Shown one piece after another: positions 34,442 through 45,700 of a DNA stretch of 64,000 nucleotides. A model generated the notes under the pieces. The model was not told the origin of the DNA, searched no databases, and saw only the letters and a list, made by a program, of their open reading frames with translations. The DNA comes from a virus: positions 89,586 through 153,585 of IMG/VR virus record IMGVR_UViG_3300005805_000046; one strand, given 5' to 3'. The translations under genes and the position numbers were made by a program. The first letter of the stretch is position 1. Each line of letters opens with the position of its first letter.

Positions 34442-35476
34442 ATGGTATATAATGACAATATACAATTATTAATTTATAGAATTTCATTAGGAAAACTTAT
34501 TTTTGAGTATCAAAATCAAAAATATTGTTTTATACACGCTTCTCCTGAACTAAAATACGAAGCAGAACTAATCTATAATTCTGTGATAGAAGAAAATCTA
34601 TTTGATCCTTGGATACGCAAAGAATCTATTCCCATGTTTTTAAAAAAAATGGACATATGGGAGGAAGAAGACGACAACATACTAAAACAAACAGAAAAAA
34701 AGTTAGAAAATACCAAAGTGCTACTCTATCAAAACAGACTAAATAAAAGTAAAATTGCTAGTATAAAAAAAGACATAGAAAATCTTAAAAACAACATTAA
34801 TAAACTATTTACCAAAAAACATTCGTTTGACTATATTACCCTTGAAGAGTATGCCAACGGAAAGAAAAATGAATTTCTTTATGTTAATAGTATAAGATAC
34901 TTGAATACAAATAAACTAGTATTTAATAAAAACCTAAACAAAGTATACTATAATCATTTTATAGAAATTACTAATGAAATTATGAATTATTTTATTACTG
35001 TCGAACAATATAAAAAAATAGCTAGAAGCGAAACCTGGAAAACAATGTGGAATGGAAATAAATACAATGTTTTTCATAGATCGGCGTCTGAATTGACTGA
35101 CGAACAAAAAAGTTTACTAAATATTAGTACCATGTATGATCGAATATACGAGCATCCAGAAGCGCCAGAAGAAAATATTATCGAAGACGACGATATGCTC
35201 GAAGGTTGGATGATTTATCAAAAAAGAAAGTCAGAAGAATCCAATAAGGAAAATAAAACACAAGACATTTTAACTAAACACGGAAACGCTAAAGAAATTT
35301 ATGTTGTTGGAGATAGAGATGATCTAGATTCGATACACTCCCTCAACTCCACGCAGTCTGCTCAAATTTTAAACCAAAGAAAACAACAAATACTAAATTC
35401 CAAAGAGGGTGTGGACGAGGTGAACTTATCGGACGTACAAAATGAACTATTAAATAGAGTAAACTCAAGAAGATAA
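34442..35476 (+). CDS. Hypothetical protein (tail-assembly region)
   Basis: 344-aa ORF between the tail tube and tape measure genes. Confidence 0.6.
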   Translation: MVYNDNIQLLIYRISLGKLIFEYQNQKYCFIHASPELKYEAELIYNSVIEENLFDPWIRKESIPMFLKKMDIWEEEDDNILKQTEKKLENTKVLLYQNRLNKSKIASIKKDIENLKNNINKLFTKKHSFDYITLEEYANGKKNEFLYVNSIRYLNTNKLVFNKNLNKVYYNHFIEITNEIMNYFITVEQYKKIARSETWKTMWNGNKYNVFHRSASELTDEQKSLLNISTMYDRIYEHPEAPEENIIEDDDMLEGWMIYQKRKSEESNKENKTQDILTKHGNAKEIYVVGDRDDLDSIHSLNSTQSAQILNQRKQQILNSKEGVDEVNLSDVQNELLNRVNSRR

Positions 35477-35486
35477 AGGATCGTTT

Positions 35487-35792
35487 ATGGATAAAAATTT
35501 AATCATTCAAATGGCCACAAAAAGACTAGAAACTACAATGATAGGGGCTTTATCTAAATTTGAAAATGTTTTTGGTTATTTATGGGGTCAACATAAATAT
35601 CATGATGAACAACTTACGGATAAAGAACTACATTTTGATAATATGTGGCAGGATGTTAGGAATAATATTCTAAATCACGGTAATCAGCAAATAAGAGCAC
35701 TTGGAAACGACATATCTAAAATTCTGTCAGATAGGCCACAAACCAGATACAATTATAAATTTCGCGTAGATCCACAAGACCAAGGAGAATAG
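35487..35792 (+). CDS. Hypothetical protein
   Basis: 101 aa; AAGGA RBS. Confidence 0.6.
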   Translation: MDKNLIIQMATKRLETTMIGALSKFENVFGYLWGQHKYHDEQLTDKELHFDNMWQDVRNNILNHGNQQIRALGNDISKILSDRPQTRYNYKFRVDPQDQGE

Positions 35793-35793
35793 T

Positions 35794-36681
35794 ATGAAAA
35801 CAAGAGACTTTACGGCTACAGTAGATAACAAAGAGGTCGAGTTCACAGTTCGTTCGCCATCTCTAAACGACCAAAGAGAAGCCCAAAAGGTTTATAATCA
35901 GGCATTTACCGATGCCATCAAGAGTAAAAGCGTCGTAAGAGCCAAGCTAGACGATTTACTCAGAGAACAGGGTCTTTGGAGCGACGAAAAACAGGCCGAA
36001 TTCGCTGCCCTGCAAAAACAATTAATAGACGGAGAAAAAAGATTGGCCAAGGGAGGTTTTGCTATTAATGAGGCTAAAAAGCTCGCTTTAGAGATGCAAG
36101 ACTTAAGAGGCAAAATTAAAGATTTAATAGGTATTAGAACCTCTTTGGATAACCATAGTGCAGAAGGTCAGGCTGATAATGCTAGGTTTAATTATTTAGT
36201 ATCAGCATGTGTGGTGTATAAGAATACCGATACAAAATATTTCCAGTCATTGGAAGACTACCTCAACAAAGCTGACGATCCGGTTGCGCTACTTGGTGCT
36301 CAGAATTTGGCCAATATGATTTATGGATTGGATAATAATTTTGAAAAAAACTTACCAGAAAATAAATTTTTACACAGATATAAATTTGTAGACGATCAAC
36401 TACGACTGATAGATAAAAAGGGTAGGCTTGTAGACCAGGAAGGTAGATTGGTTGATGAAGATGGTAGATTCATAGATGAGCAGGGTAATTTTATTGATAA
36501 AGAAGGCAATAGGGTAGATCCAACAGGAGAATATCTCTTTGAAACACAACCATTCTTGGACGAAGAAGGAAATCCAATCTTACTCTCGCAAGAGGAAAAA
36601 CCTCCTATTTCAACAAGTAAGCCAATATTGGAGAAGCCTAGCTCAGAGCTTGCTTCTACAGATTCGTTGCCTAGCGAATAA
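35794..36681 (+). CDS. Putative tail assembly chaperone
   Basis: Directly upstream of the tape measure gene; C-terminal D-x-x-G-R-L-V repeats. Confidence 0.5.
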   Translation: MKTRDFTATVDNKEVEFTVRSPSLNDQREAQKVYNQAFTDAIKSKSVVRAKLDDLLREQGLWSDEKQAEFAALQKQLIDGEKRLAKGGFAINEAKKLALEMQDLRGKIKDLIGIRTSLDNHSAEGQADNARFNYLVSACVVYKNTDTKYFQSLEDYLNKADDPVALLGAQNLANMIYGLDNNFEKNLPENKFLHRYKFVDDQLRLIDKKGRLVDQEGRLVDEDGRFIDEQGNFIDKEGNRVDPTGEYLFETQPFLDEEGNPILLSQEEKPPISTSKPILEKPSSELASTDSLPSE

Positions 36682-36760
36682 TAACTTTAGCGATTTTTAC
36701 ATTGTTACACATAGCCATTCCGTTGGGATGGCTTTGTGTATTTATACGGAGCTACGATAA

Positions 36761-39700
36761 ATGGCAAGAGGGTTTAATCTTACAGCAGAATTAAATTTAC
36801 GAGGCCCTAATAATATTAGACCTATCGTAGCTAATATACGTAGGCAGCTTAGTGATATTAATGTAGACGTTGGCGTTAGAGTTAACCCCAATACGAATAG
36901 AGACATAGCGTCTATACAACAGTCTCTAACCAGACTCAACGCTACTCTTCAACAAACACAAACAGCCGCAACGGCCGCCTCTAATAGTTTGGCTAATTTA
37001 AGCAGAAACGCCGCAGCATTTAATAACGTCGCAAATAATTTGCCCAGGACATTAAATAATGCCACAGCCGCTGCTAACAATGCTACAAATACTATGCGTC
37101 AGATGAATAGAAATACGCAACAGGCCGCTGATGGCTTCGAGGCTTTCGGAAGACAGTCCGCACTTGCTATCAGAAGATTCGCAGCCTTCGCTACTGTGAC
37201 AGGATTGATTTATAAGTTTACTAATGCTGTTGGTACGGCCACGTCAGAATTCATTGACTTTAACAAAGAATTAGTTAGAGTTGCCCAGGTTACAGATTCT
37301 TCGTTGAGTCAGTTGGCTCCTCTGGTTAAAACCATATCAGCATTGTCTACTGGTCTAGGTGTAACTTCTAGAGAATTAATTACAGTGTCTAGTACTTTAG
37401 CTCAGGCTGGTTTAAGTGCTAGAGACACCGAAAAAGCACTTAAGGCATTAGCCCTAAGTTCGCTCGCCCCATCCTTTGATAGTTTGAATGAGACCGTAGA
37501 AGGATCTATTGCTCTTATGAGACAGTTTGGTATTGGAGCCGGGGACTTGGAGAGCGCGTTGGGGTCTGTGAATGCTGTTGCTGCTAAGTTTGCAGTAGAA
37601 GCATCCGACTTGATTACCGCTATTCAGCGTACCGGCGGTGTGTTTGCTGCTGCTAGCAAAGGAGTCAGCGAAGGAAAAGATGCGCTCAATGAGTTTTTGG
37701 CTGTCTTTACCAGTGTTAGACAAACTACGAGAGAAAGCGCAGAAACTATCGCTACTGGTTTGCGTACTATTTTTACCAGAATTCAAAGAGCAGATACTAT
37801 AGATGCGCTTAAAGAGTATGGAGTGGTACTAACAGATTTGACTGGTAAGTTCGTTGGTCCATACGAAGCTGTCAGAAGATTAAGCGAGGGTTTGTCTAAG
37901 CTTGATCCACGAGATCTTAGATTTTCTAGTATCGTAGAAGAACTTGGTGGATTTAGACAAATTGGTAAGGTTATTCCTCTTATCCAACAGTTCGCCGTCG
38001 CTCAACAAGCACTTAAGGTTGCCCAACAAGGACAAGCATCTCTAGCTAATGATGCGGCTACGGCTCAACTATCTATCGCTAATAGACTTACTAAGGTAAG
38101 AGAAGAATTCAATGCTTTGATTAGATCTTTAGGAGAAAGCTCTACTTTTCAAACGTTCGTTAAGCTTTCATTAGATTTAGCAAGCGCGTTAATCAAGCTT
38201 GCTGATTCAGCTAAGACAGTTCTACCCGCTCTTACTGCTATTGCTGCATTCAGAGGAGCAGCTGCTATTACCAGATTCGGCGCTGGGTTTGCAGGAGGCT
38301 TACGCAGACAAAACGCTGGAGGTCCAGTTAGAGGATTTGCTTCCGGAGGATACGTTCCAGGAACAGGCAATAGTGATACCGTACCGGCTATGTTAACTCC
38401 TGGAGAGTTTGTTATAAGAAAGAAAGCAGTATCCGCTATCGGTGTTAATAAACTACATAGTATAAATAGACGCTCTGGAGGAGGTAGAATACAAAAATTT
38501 TCTGCTGGCGGCATAGCCAAAGCTCCAATGATTGACGACATACTTCAAACTACCGGAGCAATCTTACCAAGACCATCCTCTATCGAACAATTAATAAAAG
38601 CAGGAGGTGGTGCTGTTGATGTAGATAGAACAGTTAAAAGAACCACTGGAGATAAAGCGTACGGTAGTGCTCCGTCTCCTGGAGCCAAACAAAATGTGAT
38701 AAATAAATACTTTAGTAATGATGCTAATAGATTAAATGATATCAAGTCAGCTCCTCTAACATCTTTTGGAAAAGCTCTACAAGAAGCCGTACGTTCTGGA
38801 CAACTAAACCCCAGAAAACTTAGTATTATAAGTAAATCTAGAAGAACTCGTGGAGTACCAGAATATTTGAGTCAGCTTTTTGGTATACCGGTTCAAAATA
38901 TGATATTTACACAAGGAGGCGATAAGCAACCCGCTATTGATGCGATTAGATCAAAGGGTCCTAGAGTAGATAGAGTCAAACAATTTAGTCGAGGGGGCTC
39001 GGTACAAAGATTTGCGAATGGTGGCTTAGCTGTCTTAAGAGCCAAAGATGAAATGTATGGTGGTTTATTCGCTAAACCTCCTGTTGGCAAAGACTCAGAT
39101 CCAGGTAAAATAGTTAGTTTTAGTGGTAGTAAATTACCGAGATATCAAGGATCAGACATCTTAGCCGTCACCGGACGCCCAGCTCAATATTTTATGTCTT
39201 CTTCCACAGACGATAACTTTGAGAGCGCTGCTTCTCAAGCTCTTAAAGGAGCAGCAGAAAGGATAGCTGCTTCTTATAATATATCTCCTAATAATAGTGC
39301 TGATTTAGAACAAAAATTAACACAAAAAATTGGAGTAAAAGACATTGCTGGTAAAATGTTTGAAGGACTATTAGCATATACATCAAATTATTTTGGAGAC
39401 GGTTCAGACTCTTCACAGGGCGGTTGGGATTTTCCAAAGAGTATGTCCGAAGCACAAAAAGAGGGCTTGGATAAGTTGTTTGGCCCACTTGCAAGAAATA
39501 AAGACTATGACGCTAAACTATCTTTAAATGATAAAAATTTAAAAAGCTTAATGGAAAAAGCCATTAATAGTAATTATGTCGATATTGATCCTTTTAGGTC
39601 TAGAGAAGAGCCACAGGGGGTAGATGACAATAGGCTTTCTACTGTTGCTCAAAAGAAAGCTAGAATAGATTCTCTAAAAAATATTATGGCAGAAGCTGAG

Positions 39701-42700
39701 TTGAAGCTCAAAGATTCTCCAGAGGATCAGGATAAAGTTATTAGGCTTCTTAGAGGAAGAATTAATAAAATAGGATCTAATTTAAATAAACCAAAGAAGA
39801 GAGCTGCTAGCGGCGGTAATATATCTGGCGAAGATACCGTGCCGGCTTTACTTACTCCAGGAGAGTTTGTAATAAATAAAAAGGCCGCATCTAGGATAGG
39901 AGCATCGAGACTACATCAGTTAAATAGGGCAGATAGAGTACAGGGATACAACAAGGGCGGTGCTGTAGGAAGGGTTCAAAGGTTCGCGTCGGGAGGATTC
40001 CCAACACTCCTATCCCCTGCGCTGTCAGGACTTTCTGCAAAAGAAACAGCAAAGCTAAGTTCAGCCATTATGAACAATGTTGATGCGTTCAACCAGCTAG
40101 AACAACAGGTTGGAACTTTACCAGTAGATCAAATGCTCAAAGCTATGAGAATATTTGCCTCCAAGCTCGAAGGAGGAGCAACAGATATAGACAGAGCAGC
40201 GACCGAAGCGGCAACACTAGCTCAGTCTGGCGGAGGAGGCAGTAGACAATCAAGAAAGAGTAGAGTTGCTAATGCTGGTGTTGTGATCGGACCAGCTAAT
40301 CCAACAACAGGAATTAACGAATCCAGACCAGTAACAAATCCCGCGACCCCCCGAGGATTTGCTGATAGTCAATCTAGATTAGATCAAATCAGTCAAAATG
40401 TCGGAGTTTATCAACGAGGACAAGATGTTGTTAATAGAAGAGATACTCAGCTTGGAAGTTCATCTGTAAACATGAGCAATGCGGGTCAGCAGTTTGCTGC
40501 TCAGTTGTCAGCAACCAGGACCCCAATGCAGCAACTAGCACAAAATCTAGTTCAGTTAGGAAAAGCTGTTTCTAGCCCTCAGGCTGCCATATCCTCTTTA
40601 GGACAGGCTGCAAAATCGGCTGCTGTAGGATTGGGTAGAAGTACCGGTGGTGCTATATCTAGGGTTGGTGGTGGAGCATTAAATGCTGTGGGATTGGGTA
40701 GGTTTTCTTCAACTCCGGGCTCTAGGTCCGCTGGGGGTGGTTTAGGAGCTGCTTTTGGACGCATGGGAGGAGCCGGAGCCATGATAGCCACTATGGGTGG
40801 CGGCGTTGCTATCGATTCCTTGTCTAAGTCGATGGGCGGAGAAAAAACTGAAACAGGACGACAAATAGCTAGTGTTGGTAGTCAAGCTTTAAATTATGGA
40901 GCTATGGGAGCCTCCATTGGGAGTATGTTTGGTCCGGTGGGTACGGTTTTGGGAGGAGTAGCCGGCGCTGCTGCTGGAGTTATTTTGGGCTTTCAAGACG
41001 CAGAAAAAGCGGGCAAAGAATATGCTCAAGCTCAAGCTCAAGCCGCTTCAGAATTAGCTTCGGAAAAGAGCGGCAAGTCTTTAGACACATATCTAGGTAG
41101 TCAAACGGCCGCCAATCGCACGGCGTTTTTATCTGATATGGGATCAGCAACACAAGCAGAAGCTAAGGTTGGCGCTGGAATTACCGGAGAAAAAGCTTCT
41201 AGTTTTGGTAAGATGTTGGGATATAAAGACGAAGACGCTAGAGAAGTTGGGAAAAGAAAAGCCAAAACACAACAAGCCGGAGCAGATCAGGCTGAAAAGT
41301 TTTTAGCAGCAGAAATGATGAGGTCTGGCAAGACTTTTAGCGAACTTAGCAGATCGATGAATCCGGCAGAATTTAAGATGCTCGCTGGCAATATAGCTGA
41401 AGCGGACGAAACATACGCAACCATACAGACTATGCGAGCCAATGAGATAGAAAAATTAAGAAGTAGTGGCAGGGGAGAAGAAGCGGATGCTTTACAGGAC
41501 TACGCTAATAAAGAACTAGCTGGATTAGCTAACAAGATTGCAGAAAGAAAACTAGCAGAAGAACAAGCAGCAGTGATGGCTAAAAAAGAAGCCGATGCTA
41601 AGAAGGAACTTGTTTTAGTTACAATGAGAGCTGTCCTAAGTTTAGAAAAAACTTTTGGAGCTATGGATCAAGCTTTAAATAAAGTTAGCTTTAGCTTGGA
41701 AGAGGCCGCTACTAAGAGAGAAGAGATGCTTAGTGGCAGAGCGTCATTGTCTTCAGGTAATATAGATAAAGATATTAATATATTACAAAATCCTAATGCT
41801 TATTCAGCAGCAGATAAGGCCGGAGCTGCCGCTAGAAGCACAGCTATTATGGGAGCGAAAACCGGAGGCTTTGTAAATAGAGTAGCCAACTTCTCAGCTA
41901 CCGCTAGAGACGCTGCTCTTCAAACCGCTAATAGCATTCAGTCCAAAGGAGCGAAGGGTGGAGATGTTATTGCTCAGAATACAGAAATAGGCGCAGGAGT
42001 TAGTAATACTCTTATAAATCAAATTAAATCTACTTTTGGTAGCGATTCTGCTATGGCTCAAACTTTGATCAATGGAGTAAAGGCTTCTGTTGAAAAAATG
42101 GTAAAAGAAGCCGGAGACTCCGCGATCAATCCCGAGGATTTGGTAGAAGCAGCGGCCGGCCCACTAATGAAAGCTTCAGAGAAGGCTGGAGAACTACAAA
42201 TAAAGGCCCTGCAAGTTGCTCAAAAGGGTTTGGTAGAATTAGGAAAAACAGCAGAAGCTGTGGCTAATCTACAACAAAAACAAGTCAATCGTACTAATAA
42301 TCTCAAAGAAATGCAAAGAAATAGTTCTTTAGCTTTTAGCGAAGCTCTTGGTAATACTATTTCTCCTCAAGATCGTATCAAGAACAGGATGCAGGCCGCA
42401 GCAGATCGTGTTGGCATGGTTAGCGGCGCTAGCGTATCAGCTGCTAGCTTATCACAACAAAAAGCAAAAGCCGTACAGGAGCAACAGCAGCTCCAGGGTA
42501 AAATAGCGGCTCAAGAACAAGCCGCCTTAGGCGGAGATCCAGCAGCTATTAGACAACTTGGAGATTTTCAAAAACGACTAGCGGAAGTTAATAATACCAT
42601 AGCTAATACCGATCAAGAACTAGAAAATCTTCCTCAAACCCTAGAGAGTAATTTAAACGATCTTTTAAGCGAGATTCAAAAGAGAGTCGGAGAAATAGAA

Positions 42701-45700
42701 GCCAAAAAAGAAGCTGGTGCAAATTTTGCAGAGCGTTTGGTTACAAGTACTCCACAGGAATTGGTTGAGCTAAACGCAACCTATAAGCTACTTACTAATA
42801 CCCTTACTGGTCATATTGTTACTGTTGATCGGTCACAAGCAGCACAAAAGGCTTTTAGCGATGCCTTGGCTACCGGCAAAACACGACAAGAGGCTTTTGC
42901 TGACGCTCAATCAGCATTTGCCAACGAAAATAAAAAAGCATTTTCTTTGTTTAATGATTTGATGCAAATGAGCGGAGTTAAAGGTAATCAGTTCGATAGG
43001 ATGAGGGCAGATCTGTTAGTAAATACTGCCAGAGCACAAGGAATGGGCTTGGAAAACAATCCAATGTTCAAAGAGATAATTAAAGAACTACGCAGAAGTC
43101 CAGAAGAAAGAGCAAAGAACGATCCTGGCGTTAAGGCTATGCTTGCACAAGCTGCTGTTATTAGAGAAGAACAAAAAAAAGCGGTTCAAGAGCAAAACGC
43201 TGCGGATAGAATATTGCAAAATGACCTATTACAAAAAACAGGCGACGCGATCATTAAGGCTATTCAAGATACCAAACTGCAAATACAAGTCGCTGTTCAA
43301 AACGTTGCTAATGGGGCCGGTGGTGCGCCACCGTTCCCACCTGTTCCCGCTGGCGGTCGCGCGACAGGTGGTTTAATATACGCTTCCAAAGGAAGGCTAA
43401 TTAATTTTGAGCCAAAGGGAACAGATACCGTACCAGCAATGTTGACGCCCGGAGAGTTTGTTGTAAACGCTAAAGCAACAAGAGAGAATCTGCCATTATT
43501 AAAGAGAATTAATAGCGGTAGCGCCGAAGGATACAGCAAGGGTGGACTACTATATGCTAGAGCAGGAGCTAACGTACAACAACCTCAGTTTCCAGTGACT
43601 GGAGATAATAAAACAGACCAACTTGTTCGGAACAATATTAACCTAACTCAAAGAGCCAATAAATCTATAGATTTTGGCAATAAAAAGAGTACGGATTCTT
43701 TTAAACAGTTACACGGTATGGAAAGCACAATATATCACATCTGGAACGAAACCGACGGAGTTATAGATACTCTATACCGTTTCACAAAAGAGCAAACGAA
43801 AACTCTTGGCGGACTAATAGTAGGCTCTGCCAAAGCTTTAGAGGATCAGATAGTTGATATTGCCTTTGGTCAGGTAAACAGGCTCGGAGGTATAGGAAAA
43901 GGAGCCATTGGGAGGCTGGAGGAAAGGTTTGATGTTGATACACTCGGACGCACAGCGCAGTGGGGCTTTGCTAGAGGAGGCATGGTTTACGCTAGTAACG
44001 GAACATTAGTTCCTTATGAGCCCAAAGGAACAGATACTGTGCCGGCGATGTTAACTCCTGGCGAATTTGTTGTTAATCGCTCAGCAACACAGAAAAATTT
44101 ACCGTTATTACAATCTATTAATAATGGGGAAACGAACTACTTGGCAGGAGGTGGAATGGCCGTGAACGAGATATCTTTACTAAGAGATATATCGAACAAC
44201 TTACGAACCAGAGCCGGGAATATAAACGACCGCAAAAAACGAAATAAGTTTATATTAGAATCTCAAACTCAACCAGCTGGGGTTAGAGTAATAGAAGAAT
44301 TAGGCGCTCAGATGGATGATCTAGGAGGTGATCGGGATAAGTATTTTGGAATAACGGCATTTAATGCAGGAAGACAAGATAAAAAGATGATCGAACAGAA
44401 AATTTTAGGTAAAATAGGACAAGGTACAGCAATAGAACAAACTAATAATGCAGGAGAGAGTTATAGGACCTCTATGCTTAGAAGGAGTTATCTACAAGCT
44501 GTAAATAATAATGTAAGTATTGCGCAAAAAATATTGAATAAAGATGCTAAAGGAATATCAAAATACTATGAAAGAAATTTTGAAAAATACAAGGGTCGCG
44601 CAGTTGGGGCAGAACAACGGTCTCCAGAATTATTCGGAAAAGGTTTTGTTGAAAGAGTTAATAAGCTGTTTGATATTCAAGAAAGTTCTAGTGATTCGGA
44701 AGACGACTATATCAAACGGGCTTGGAGAGAGATAGAAAGTAAAAAGCCCAAACTAGCTTGGGATAGAATAAAACAGATGATGCCAGCCGCTAGAGCATGG
44801 AGTCCATTTGACGCTGACTTACCAGATAAAGATTCTTACTTGTATAGAGGAGGTATTGTTTATGCTGCTAATGGCAAAAAGATAGATAGAGCAGCCAGTA
44901 TCATAGCAAATGAACCAAAAGCTCTAAATTCTTATCTAAAGCTTCAAGGCAAAAAACTAGGTATTTCTCCCACTATCGAATCCGTTGTTAGCTATTTATA
45001 TAAGAATAATATTAATGAATTAAATAGAGTAGCTAAGAAATATCCAGATATTCAAAAACGATTGAACGAGATAAGATCTTCAAAATCTCAAATGTCTCCA
45101 TTCCAGACCGGTGGGATGGTATATGCTTCTAATGGCAAAAAAATAGACAGAGCTTCGAGCATTATAGCTAATGAACCCAAGGCTCTAAATTCTTATCTAA
45201 AGCTTCAAGGCAAAAGACTAGGAGTACCTGCTAATATTGATTCTGTTGTAAGTTTCCTATATAAGAACAATATTAAAGAGCTAGAAAGAGCAGCCAAACA
45301 ATATCCAGACATTAAAAAACAATTAGATGAAATACGATCACCCAAATCACAAGCTTCTCCGTTTGCGCTCAATAGGGGCGGTGTAGTTTACGCATCAAAT
45401 GGAAGATTAATTAATTTTCAGCCAAAAGGAACCGATACCGTTCCCGCTATGCTAACTCCCGGCGAGTTTGTGGTGAATAGAAAAGCTACCCAACAAAACC
45501 TACCGCTGCTACAGTCTCTAAATAGTGGCCATTATTCGTCTGGTGGACAGGTAGCATATTTGTCTGCTGGCACACCAGGAACAGCAGAGCTTACTAATAA
45601 TATTAAGTATTTTACAGAGATACTAAAAAATGGTGCGGATACTCTTAGCAAAGCCTTTCAGGAGGCTGTTTCTCAGATCAACAAAGCTAATGACGGAATG

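Noticed and set aside
33191-36681. Tail sheath gene or programmed chaperone frameshift
   Set aside because: No sheath-like ORF recognised, and no slippery site could be supported by eye in this A-rich region.
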